Of a DNA stretch of 28,178 nucleotides, positions 15,335 to 23,781 are shown piece by piece (position 1 is the first letter of the stretch; each line of letters opens with the position of its first letter). Below the pieces are notes generated by a model. The model was not told the DNA's origin. It saw nothing but the letters and a program-made list of their open reading frames with translations, and did no database searches. The stretch comes from Candidatus Thorarchaeota archaeon. GTDB lineage: Archaea > Asgardarchaeota > Thorarchaeia > Thorarchaeales > Thorarchaeaceae. The stretch covers positions 1 through 28,178 of the forward strand of contig JBHLQM010000048.1 of the NCBI GenBank assembly GCA_048884785.1, read 5' to 3'. Position numbers and translations under genes: made by a program.

Positions 15335-16702
15335 TCATGCTAGGTCAAGAGGTATGTCTTTCCGACTAGCTTCGTTCCTACAAACGCCGTATGTTCTAAC
15401 ATCAAAAAAAGTGGCGTTGAATATCCACTCCTTCTTGGTAGTATCATACAGGGAACTTACTGGAAGGTGATTACTGGCTCCTGCGGACACCTCGTAGGCC
15501 ACAAAGTCGTCTGCACGGGACTTTTCAGTCATTAAGACCTCTAAGAGGTCCCTCGCTGTGCCGGCTGGTAGCGCAGTTGCAAAGACTATCTTTTTCTCAG
15601 AGCGATTCTCCAAGTTTGTTATCTGTGAGGTGTAGGTCAGCGGAAGTTCTGCCCATGCATGTATGATATTTCCAGCAGCCTCTGGACTAAAGATCCCAAT
15701 TATCCTATCACTAAGACGTGGGATTGTGATCTTTGGCCTTGGTCTGACAATTCCCTCATTAACAATTCGAGCCCTCTTTCTGAATGTTGTGCTCTCAGAA
15801 AGACCAGTTTCCTTTGCTAGTTGTTGGGCAGTCATGTCAAAGTCTTCAATCAGAGTTTCTATAATCTTGGTTTCGGATGATTTGAAACGCTGGGGGAATC
15901 GAACCTCGCCAACAGGAAAAGAGCCCACAGTTAGTCCCTTCCCGCCTGCACGCAAAAGCAGCCTAAAGTGGAGTGCGTCAAAATCAAATCTCCTTTTTGC
16001 AGCATTGAAGTATGCCGAGCCAAATCTGGGCAGACCTGCTGACAGAATCCATACTGTTGTATTATCGCTGGCAGATCGCAGTGTCTTGATTGTCTGAAGA
16101 AAATCATCCCTTCGTTTGCTTGGAATGAGGCCTTTGAGAAACACATACCTTGTAGATCCGTCCACATACAGAAATCGAGTGAAGTAGGGGGAGTTTAGGA
16201 CTCCAGTTGGATTTTCGCTTATGATAAGAATCCTGTCCAAACCAAGGGAAACCGCATCCACACGTCCCTCCCTGCGAAGCACCGTTGTTGACCTTAGATG
16301 TTCCATTGCTCTTCTGGTCTTATTATAATTCAGACCGATACTCTTGGCAAGTTCACTGAGACCCAGTTCCGGTTCTTTGAGCACACCTTCGAGTACTGTC
16401 AGTTCTGTCTTTGTCAGTCTTGAAATGTTCTGTTCCCACAAATCCCTAATTAGCTCGAGTAGATCTCGCTGCGTGATGATTTTTACTCCTCCGCGAGAAA
16501 CGAGCAGTCGCAGGCGCCGTAGGGTCTTATTGTAGAGACCACCTCTATAGGTCTTCACCCAAATCTTGAGACTGTCTAGCTCTGGGTCCTCCTGAAAGAT
16601 GTCTAGACTCTGATTCTGTTCTACATTGCGGAGAATCCTCAGTACAGCTTTGGCCGATGGAGAAAGATAATTCTCATAATCACGAGAGTCCGAATCAGCC
16701 AT
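15335..16702 (-). CDS. Tandem Lrp/AsnC-like winged-helix protein (two wHTH plus alpha/beta modules)
   Basis: HTH1 LSELAKSIGLNYNKTRRAMEHL and HTH2 AQQLAKETGLSESTTFRKRARI, each followed by a ~130-aa alpha/beta module. An alternative GTG start lies at 16714. Confidence 0.75.
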   Translation of the reverse strand: MADSDSRDYENYLSPSAKAVLRILRNVEQNQSLDIFQEDPELDSLKIWVKTYRGGLYNKTLRRLRLLVSRGGVKIITQRDLLELIRDLWEQNISRLTKTELTVLEGVLKEPELGLSELAKSIGLNYNKTRRAMEHLRSTTVLRREGRVDAVSLGLDRILIISENPTGVLNSPYFTRFLYVDGSTRYVFLKGLIPSKRRDDFLQTIKTLRSASDNTTVWILSAGLPRFGSAYFNAAKRRFDFDALHFRLLLRAGGKGLTVGSFPVGEVRFPQRFKSSETKIIETLIEDFDMTAQQLAKETGLSESTTFRKRARIVNEGIVRPRPKITIPRLSDRIIGIFSPEAAGNIIHAWAELPLTYTSQITNLENRSEKKIVFATALPAGTARDLLEVLMTEKSRADDFVAYEVSAGASNHLPVSSLYDTTKKEWIFNATFFDVRTYGVCRNEASRKDIPLDLA

Positions 16703-16840
16703 TTTAGTTTCCACTTCCTTGACAATTGTCAGCTGTCCTCATCTCCAAATAGATTCTAGTAATATCAAAAATAGATTCTCGTAATTGAATATAAGTCGCC
16801 ATAATTCTGGAAACACCGGAGGCGATAGCAGCCAATCTGA

Positions 16841-17614
16841 TCATATTGGCTCGCTTTGAGCCCACAGAGAGTCGAAATAAACGCCTGCCATTTCCGCGAA
16901 CACGGGCGCGCTTGAATAGACGCCTAGAAAGCCGCTAGTCGACTCGGCACCAGCTAGCATGATGAGCGTTTCCCTTCTATCTACAACTAATCCAGCACCA
17001 TAGCTCTGGCGGCATCGAATCTTAATCCCCTTTGGGATTATTTCAACAATCTCTGCAGGGACAGACGAAGTGAGAATAGATATCTTGGTAACACGATGTC
17101 TAAGAACCGTTTCAATAATCTCCGTGAGGTTTTGTGTTTCGTCCTCATCAGCTATCAAACTCATGTCGAGGCTTGGGATGTTCAAGAGAATCTCCTCTCT
17201 TGCTCCCTCTAGCATCTCAAGTGCTTTTGCCAATATTGAGGCTCTCCCGTGCAATAGCCAGACATCCCTTGTCGTAGCTGGAGTCTGTTCTTCATATCTC
17301 GGCTGCAGCTCGTCCACTACAACCTTACTAGACTTCTTAATGCGTTCCTCCCATGCCAGCCTTACGAGACGAACTATTTCTTGTGGTGCTTTTGCTACAT
17401 ACATGGTCGGACGCCCCCTTTGTACCTGAATGAAACCTTTCTCTTCAAGTCTGCCAAGAACGTCATAAACACGCGAAAACGGAACCCCTGATTTTGCGCT
17501 AATGTCTGACGCCGACATCTCCCCACCATCCACAAGTGCAACATAGGACTGCAGTTCATATTCCGTCAGACCCAGGTCTTTTAATGCCTTTAGAGTTCGT
17601 TCACTGATTGACAA
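16841..17614 (-). CDS. TrmB family transcriptional regulator
   Basis: LKDLGLTEYE..YVAL, SGVPFSRVYDVLGRLEEKGFI....GRP..Y.A..P. TTG at 17614 follows SD ggtggtg. Confidence 0.92.
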   Translation of the reverse strand: MSISERTLKALKDLGLTEYELQSYVALVDGGEMSASDISAKSGVPFSRVYDVLGRLEEKGFIQVQRGRPTMYVAKAPQEIVRLVRLAWEERIKKSSKVVVDELQPRYEEQTPATTRDVWLLHGRASILAKALEMLEGAREEILLNIPSLDMSLIADEDETQNLTEIIETVLRHRVTKISILTSSVPAEIVEIIPKGIKIRCRQSYGAGLVVDRRETLIMLAGAESTSGFLGVYSSAPVFAEMAGVYFDSLWAQSEPI

Positions 17615-17718
17615 GACGTAAACACCACCCTGAACAGTGGTGAAATCCAACTTAAGAGTTGCCTATTTCCCCTTCCTTGGAGTGAACCAGTCTTTGTTCC
17701 AACTTGAATCTTGTAGTT

Positions 17719-18222
17719 TCAGTAGTCCAAATCAAAGATGTTGATAAGCGAGTCTTCATGCTCTTCCCAATGCCAGAAGGTTATGCCCCCAATGAAATCA
17801 TGAGTAACTCTGGTTCCCTTTCTCCTTTTGATATAAGTATCAGAGTTTAGGTCTTCATCACTAATTGATTCGATTTTCTTCAATAGGCCAAGAAAGATCG
17901 TTTGTGAATCTTCCCTCAGCTCATCTAAAGCTCGAGACTGAGTTTCTAGATAGATCATATCATTGCGTGCTTCAACTTCCATATTCCAGAAATCGCTGTC
18001 TATTATCGATTGTCGCTCCAACGCATTAAGTAACTCCGTTTCATACCATAATACATGGGCTACCACATCTCTGAGAAACCACTTCTGTGAAACAGGAGTA
18101 TTCTCTAGTCCCTTTTCAATGATTAAATCCAAGGTTCGTTCCCAATGCCTACGATGGTGCTTCATCTTCTTCAGCAAGGTCTGTCCCTTTAATTTCATAA
18201 ACATCGCTAGAAAGGCCTGCAA
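17719..18222 (-). CDS. DinB/YfiT-like four-helix protein
   Basis: W.LRDVVAHV..YE and C-terminal HWEEH, the typical metal-binding histidines. The true start may be the ATG at 18204 or 18198. Confidence 0.78.
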   Translation of the reverse strand: MQAFLAMFMKLKGQTLLKKMKHHRRHWERTLDLIIEKGLENTPVSQKWFLRDVVAHVLWYETELLNALERQSIIDSDFWNMEVEARNDMIYLETQSRALDELREDSQTIFLGLLKKIESISDEDLNSDTYIKRRKGTRVTHDFIGGITFWHWEEHEDSLINIFDLDY

Positions 18223-18289
18223 GATTAACTATTCTATCTCTGTTGCCCTCATACTCTCCATTACCTAGGTGGATAATAGACAAGCCTTG

Positions 18290-18859
18290 TCAATATTCTG
18301 CTGTGTACCATTCAAGGAACGCCTTGAATGCCTTGGTTCTATGGGAGATAGATATCTTCTCATTAAAGCTTAGTTGGGCATAGGTCCTGGTGTGTCCCTC
18401 AGGAATGAAGATTGGGTCATATCCGAATCCCTCGCTTCCCTCCTCCTTTTCAGCAATCGACCCCTCCATTACGCCCTTGAAGGTGGCAAGGGTCTCTCCA
18501 TCAGAGAATCCTACAGCTGTTACGAATCTAGCCTTCCTATTCTTTGCACCTTGCATTAGTGTCAATATACCCTGTCTTCCTATTGTTTCCAGAGCAAACG
18601 CTGCGTAGGACATCGGAAACCCTCCCAGCGCATCAATATACAGTCCTGTGTCATCAAGCACTACTGGCCGTTTTGCCTCTATATAGGCCACTTTTGCAGC
18701 CTCTAATGCAACCCTCTCGACCTCATTTGATCGTATCTCGAATTTCTTTAGTATTGTAGATCGAAACGGCACTTTGAATTCCTCAAAGAGGGGTTTCAGT
18801 TCACGAAGTTTGTGCTTGTTTTGGGTGACAAGGATGAGTTCGGCGTTTGCTGTATTCAT
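18290..18859 (-). CDS. rdgB: Non-canonical purine NTP pyrophosphatase (RdgB/HAM1)
   Basis: TQNKHKLRE, DDTGLYIDALGGFP, GFGYDPIFIP, KISISHR..A. Confidence 0.95.
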   Translation of the reverse strand: MNTANAELILVTQNKHKLRELKPLFEEFKVPFRSTILKKFEIRSNEVERVALEAAKVAYIEAKRPVVLDDTGLYIDALGGFPMSYAAFALETIGRQGILTLMQGAKNRKARFVTAVGFSDGETLATFKGVMEGSIAEKEEGSEGFGYDPIFIPEGHTRTYAQLSFNEKISISHRTKAFKAFLEWYTAEY

Positions 18860-18928
18860 GGTTTAGTCTCACCAGTATCGGTAGTATCCTGCTATGCTGA
18901 AATTCTCGAATTATTCACATATGGCTAT

Positions 18929-19819
18929 CTAAAGGGTAGTATGTTCCTTAATCGCGCTAAGTATCTTTGATGCAACTTGAATCGGTATGCTGTGCCCCAT
19001 ACCCTCAATGATGAGCAGCTTCGAGTTAGGAATGCACTTGGCCGTATCCTTTCCTCCCTCTACTGGGACAAGCGGGTCTGAATCGCCATGAATCACAAGG
19101 GTTGGAATCTTGACTTTCTCTAGCTCCTGATGTCGGCTTCCAGATGCAAGTATTGCGCCTAATTGTCTTGAGAATCCTTGTGGATGGTAGCATCTGTCAT
19201 ATGCACGTTCAGCGAAACTGCGAGCGTACTCCTCATCAAGCTGAAATTGCGGACCGTGAAGAATTCTCTCAGATATTAGAGAATTCTTGACATAATCATC
19301 ACGATTCGATACAGGGGGTGTGAATAGAAGCGACATCACTTCCGGCTTTGCTTGAGGTAGGCTCGGATTGCCTGTTGTAGACATAATCGATGTCAATGTG
19401 CGGACTCGGTCTGGAAAATGTATGGCTATAGTCTGGGCAATCATGCCCCCCATTGATACACCCACAACATCGGCTGCTTTAACTCCAAGCACATCTAACA
19501 GTCCTACTGCATCACCTGCCATATCTATCAATTTGTATGGGACATCAACTCTCTTTCTCTGCAGCAGCGAACCAAGATCGGGAAGGCCCAAATCGTCAAA
19601 CTTTGTTGACAACCCTACATCACGATTGTCAAAACGAATCACCCACCGGCCCTGTGCTGCAAGCATCTTGCAGAACAAATCATCCCATCTGATCATCTGT
19701 CCTCCCAGACCCATGATGAGCAGCATTGGTGGAAACGAGGGGTCTCCGAAGGTGTCATAGGCTATCGCAATGTCACCCACCTTGGCAATTTTCTCGCCAC
19801 TATAAGGTACTTCCATCAT
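18929..19819 (-). CDS. Alpha/beta hydrolase (esterase/lipase family V-like)
   Basis: LLIMGLG.Q, RFDNRDVGLS, nucleophile GVSMGG, HGDSDPLV, GMGH. Confidence 0.92.
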   Translation of the reverse strand: MMEVPYSGEKIAKVGDIAIAYDTFGDPSFPPMLLIMGLGGQMIRWDDLFCKMLAAQGRWVIRFDNRDVGLSTKFDDLGLPDLGSLLQRKRVDVPYKLIDMAGDAVGLLDVLGVKAADVVGVSMGGMIAQTIAIHFPDRVRTLTSIMSTTGNPSLPQAKPEVMSLLFTPPVSNRDDYVKNSLISERILHGPQFQLDEEYARSFAERAYDRCYHPQGFSRQLGAILASGSRHQELEKVKIPTLVIHGDSDPLVPVEGGKDTAKCIPNSKLLIIEGMGHSIPIQVASKILSAIKEHTTL

Positions 19820-19860
19820 GAAACTTTTCCTCCAATTAAATCTCGCAACTCGGTTCCCGC

Positions 19861-20994
19861 CTAGCCCTTAATATAGGTAAGAATCTCCTTCATGACCTTG
19901 AATGAGCCCCGCGTCTTCTCAAGGTCAAACATGCCTGTGGCATTCCAGAGCACCATGTGGTTGAGCCCATTCCTACAGTATTCTTCCAGCTTCTTGATAA
20001 CTGTTTCAGCATCTCCGTACATGTAGAACTCTCTGAGCACTTCATCAGGTACCTGTTCAATGGCTTCCAGGACGGTATCCCTATTGTATCGCATAGGAAT
20101 GTAGTCTCGTAATGAATAGAAGTCGGTCCCAAAGGGATGTTCGAACCCGAGTCGTTTCCATTCGATGGAGGGATACAGCAGCGCAAATGCCTTGGCGATT
20201 GGCGCATCTAGTATCCGCTCACACTCTGCCAAGTCATCATCCAAGACTACCCAATTCCAGAGCGCTGCAGTAAAGGGGCCAGTTCTATCAAGACGTTTTC
20301 TATGTCCATTAATCTCCTTAAGCCTCGCACCATAGTCTTCAGGACGCAGATGAGTTGGTATCCATCCCTCCCCAAACTCCGCAGTTATCTCCAACATCTT
20401 TGGACCATGTGCTGCAACCCAAATTGGGGGCGGCTTGTCCTGAACAGCCGGTCTCAAAGACATGACCGCATCCTTGAGTTTCCAATACTTGCCGTCATAG
20501 CTAAATGGTTCGTGTGTCTGCCAGACGGTTCTGATGATTTCAAGGGCCTCCCTGAGCTTGCCAACTTGGCCAGAATAGTTCAAACCATAGGGCTCAACAT
20601 TTTCTACCTCTCCTGCTCCGATTCCAAGTATGGTTCGCCCCTTGCTAATGTGGTCAAGTGTTAGGAAGGTCTGTGCAATTAGAATAGGATGCCGTCTAAG
20701 CGGTTCGGTCACAGACGAGATGAGTTTGACTCTCTCCGTCACAACGGCACAGGCTGCCATAATAGAACCTAACTCAAAGTAGGTGTGAGGGGATTGCTGA
20801 AAGAACGATAGTGGGGTGATATCTGAAGTCCAGATGCTCTCTGGAATGAATCCAGCAAAATGATCTGGAAAGGCCATGCTGTCATAGCCTAGCGAGTCAA
20901 TCGTTCTTGCATTCTTCTCTACATTATCCCAAGGCGGCAAAAACGGCCCTGGAGCACCAATCTGAAGGTCGTGAATATCTGTCATTGTTGTCAC
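19861..20994 (-). CDS. LLM-class (luciferase-like) flavin/F420-dependent oxidoreductase
   Basis: GYDS..FPDH, VTEPLRRHP...AQ...TLDHISKGR.ILGIGAGE..N..PYG, PPIWVAAHGPKML. Confidence 0.9.
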   Translation of the reverse strand: MTTMTDIHDLQIGAPGPFLPPWDNVEKNARTIDSLGYDSMAFPDHFAGFIPESIWTSDITPLSFFQQSPHTYFELGSIMAACAVVTERVKLISSVTEPLRRHPILIAQTFLTLDHISKGRTILGIGAGEVENVEPYGLNYSGQVGKLREALEIIRTVWQTHEPFSYDGKYWKLKDAVMSLRPAVQDKPPPIWVAAHGPKMLEITAEFGEGWIPTHLRPEDYGARLKEINGHRKRLDRTGPFTAALWNWVVLDDDLAECERILDAPIAKAFALLYPSIEWKRLGFEHPFGTDFYSLRDYIPMRYNRDTVLEAIEQVPDEVLREFYMYGDAETVIKKLEEYCRNGLNHMVLWNATGMFDLEKTRGSFKVMKEILTYIKG

Positions 20995-22178
20995 ATCTCT
21001 GCAAAACGGATTAGAGCGTTCTTCACTCTCTCATAGTCTTTTATTGATAGCCACTCATCTATCCCGTGGAAGTTGCTATTATCATCAATGGTTCCAAAAC
21101 AAGCCGTTGGAATTCCATGGGAAGTGAAATAATATCCATCATTTCCGCCCAGGTCAGCAGAAAGCGGAATCTCCGTATCAGCTGCTTCAGCAACTGCTCT
21201 ATGAAACGACTTGATGAACGCGTTCTCAGGGTCTGAACCCCACCCCGCATGCTTGGTTATGAACTCAAGTGATGCTTCAACTCCGGTTTCTTCTTTTGCC
21301 ATTTCAAGGAATCTCTCGATGTCCTTAGCAACTTCTTCCGGAGTTTCTTCTGGTATTGTTCTGCAGTCAAAGGAGATTTCTGCTTTCCCTGGGATTGTGT
21401 TTGTCTTGCTGCCAGCTTTGTACACGGTCATTGAAAATCTCCCCCAGAGAGTTTGGTGAGGGCTCCCTGCCGGGGCTGGATATTTTGATTCCACTTTTCG
21501 TCGTATGTCAGAATAATCTAGCATGAACTGCATCAGAGGTATTGAGAGATGAATTGCATTGGCAAACCTGAACGGATAACCAGCATGTCCTTGGGTGCCA
21601 TGGATCGTCATTGTTCCAGAAACAACTCCACTCGCCCCAATGCTAACATAAGTGGGACTGGAGTCCACAACCACGGCAAAATCCCCTCGAATTCTTGGTG
21701 GGCCATTCATAAGGTGGTCGATGCCATCAACACCACCTACCTCTTCATTCGGACTGATGAGGATCTTGATATTGACCTTTGAGGAGTTCCTATTTATCAG
21801 CTCTCGAGCAGCAGCCACCGATGCCACAACATTTCCCTTATTGTCTGTCACCCCGCGCCCATAGATTTTATCGCCCTCTATGGTCATCTCAAATGGAGGG
21901 CGAGTCCACTCATCAATCTCACCAGCGGGTACCACGTCGTAGTGAGTACACAACAGCACAGTTGTCTTTGCGCCAACATCCAAGGTTGCCACTACATTTG
22001 GTTGCGGCTTTCCATCGCCCTTCGGAGTTGAATCGAAGACCTCTGTCTTTAGTCCAGCGGCCTTGCAGAATTTCTCTATCACATTTGCACATTCGAAGTA
22101 GTTCTTTTTCTCCTCGCTATTTGTATCAAGCATGACAATCTGTCTGAGGAAATCTTTCTCCCAATCGTCCAATACCAA
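20991..22178 (-). CDS. M20 family metallopeptidase/deacylase (ArgE/DapE-like)
   Basis: HYDVVP, GRGVTDNKG, NEEVGG, GHAGYP, HGIDE. Confidence 0.92.
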   Translation of the reverse strand: MVLDDWEKDFLRQIVMLDTNSEEKKNYFECANVIEKFCKAAGLKTEVFDSTPKGDGKPQPNVVATLDVGAKTTVLLCTHYDVVPAGEIDEWTRPPFEMTIEGDKIYGRGVTDNKGNVVASVAAARELINRNSSKVNIKILISPNEEVGGVDGIDHLMNGPPRIRGDFAVVVDSSPTYVSIGASGVVSGTMTIHGTQGHAGYPFRFANAIHLSIPLMQFMLDYSDIRRKVESKYPAPAGSPHQTLWGRFSMTVYKAGSKTNTIPGKAEISFDCRTIPEETPEEVAKDIERFLEMAKEETGVEASLEFITKHAGWGSDPENAFIKSFHRAVAEAADTEIPLSADLGGNDGYYFTSHGIPTACFGTIDDNSNFHGIDEWLSIKDYERVKNALIRFAEM

Positions 22179-22240
22179 TCATTCCTTGATTATACTCTGG
22201 AACTCTGAAGTGCAATTGAGACTGATTAGTATATCGAACT

Positions 22241-23047
22241 TCATTTTTGACACGTCTGGCAATAATTTGTCTTGAACCGGTTTGCAGTAATCTCAGAAAC
22301 CCTGTTACCACAAAGTGGACAAATGCCACCGCGTTTTCCATGTATCATGAGGAAGTCCCGCTTCTCAAGTGCTATCTCATTCAGAGGTCTCTTCAAGAGA
22401 ATCGCTTTGAACCTCGTAAGAATCTCTCTCATTGAATTGTACAGTTTCCCGATTTCATCTTCAGATAGTGTCGAGCGCTTGCGGAAGGGCAGTATTCCAG
22501 CGAAGAGTAGAATCTCATCTGCATATGCATTTCCAATTCCTTTAATGAACCTTTGATTTCTTAGCACATTCTTGATCTGCCCATTGAAATGCCTAATTCT
22601 AGTCCTGAATATATCAAAATCCAGCTCTGAGTCCAGGGCGGAGGGGCCTCTACCATCGAATTCAGCAACATCCTCATAGTTTCTATTTCTGATTAGGTAG
22701 ACTCTTCCCATTTTCTTTCGGTCGCTGTACCACAGTGACCTATCATCAATAACCACAGCCAATGTATCCTCTTTGATTGGTTGCCGTGGTTTTCTTGCCA
22801 CTCTTATTCTACCAGTCAGCATTGGATTGATCACAATCTCATATTCCTCCGAGAGCGATACTAGCAGAAATTTGCCATCTGCCCGAAACGACTCAAAGGT
22901 CTTTCCGGGAAGTGCATTCTGAAATTCGTCTACAGTGGTGCCATAGAGAATAATATGATTGTATACCCTTGCCTGCCTAATTTTCAGACCTACTAAGTCG
23001 TCAGTTAATTTTGACGCTATTGCTTCAAGTTCTGGTAACTCTGGCAT
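22241..23047 (-). CDS. Fpg/Nei family DNA glycosylase/AP lyase
   Basis: N-terminal MPELPE (catalytic Pro fixes the start at 23047), GKFL, H2TH NQRFIKGIGNAYADEIL, C-terminal Zn finger CPLC..CQTCQ. Confidence 0.93.
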   Translation of the reverse strand: MPELPELEAIASKLTDDLVGLKIRQARVYNHIILYGTTVDEFQNALPGKTFESFRADGKFLLVSLSEEYEIVINPMLTGRIRVARKPRQPIKEDTLAVVIDDRSLWYSDRKKMGRVYLIRNRNYEDVAEFDGRGPSALDSELDFDIFRTRIRHFNGQIKNVLRNQRFIKGIGNAYADEILLFAGILPFRKRSTLSEDEIGKLYNSMREILTRFKAILLKRPLNEIALEKRDFLMIHGKRGGICPLCGNRVSEITANRFKTNYCQTCQK

Positions 23048-23181
23048 ACAGGCATCTCTCAAGTCCTAGATGGTGCATCTCTGTTTACATATGCCTCTCT
23101 TAAGCGATATTGTATTCCAGCAATTCATCCGACTTTAGTTTATACATGAAGAATGAGTCATGAATTTTCAGTGGTTTGATT

Positions 23182-23781
23182 ATGAAGCAAATAGAGGTAT
23201 ATCATATCCAGAAAGGCAACTTGGTGAAAGTGAAAGATCCGGGCGCTTTTGGAAGAGGTGACTGTTATTTGGTTGATGCTTTTCCCAAGTTATACATCTG
23301 GATCGGGCCGAAGAGTTCTGTGGATGAGAAGTTCCTTGCTGCCGCAGAAGCCGTCTTCAAGGATACTGCAATGAAGGGGCATGCCGACATAGATCATATT
23401 GATGGCGGAAATGAGCCTGAGGCGTTCAAAGCACTATTTGATAATTTTAGGCTCACAGATGAGGACACCGCAGGGATCCTAAGGAAAGTTCAGCTGGAGA
23501 CTCATGAATACAAATTATGGAGAGTTCATCGAGAGGGTGACGAAACTTTCTTCGCAGAAGTTCCAGTTTCTCGAAGTTCTCTCAAGAGCGATGATGTATT
23601 CGTTCTTGATACTTGGGATGACATCTTTGTCTGGAGAGGTAGAAATGCTTCTGCCAGAGAAAAGTTCGATGGAACAATGATAGCTCGAAGATATGATGCT
23701 GAGAGAGTTGGTGTTCAAGAGATAGAGCTCATTGAAGAAGGCGCCGAACCCGAAGATTTTCTCAGAGCTTTCGTGAGATAA
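23182..23781 (+). CDS. Two-domain gelsolin-like protein (Asgard 2DGel type)
   Basis: Two gelsolin repeats: F..GDCYLVD...LYIWIG.KSS.DEK..A ...EPEAF, and SSLKSDDVFVLD..DIFVWRG..AS..EK ...EEGAEPEDF. Confidence 0.9.
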   Translation: MKQIEVYHIQKGNLVKVKDPGAFGRGDCYLVDAFPKLYIWIGPKSSVDEKFLAAAEAVFKDTAMKGHADIDHIDGGNEPEAFKALFDNFRLTDEDTAGILRKVQLETHEYKLWRVHREGDETFFAEVPVSRSSLKSDDVFVLDTWDDIFVWRGRNASAREKFDGTMIARRYDAERVGVQEIELIEEGAEPEDFLRAFVR

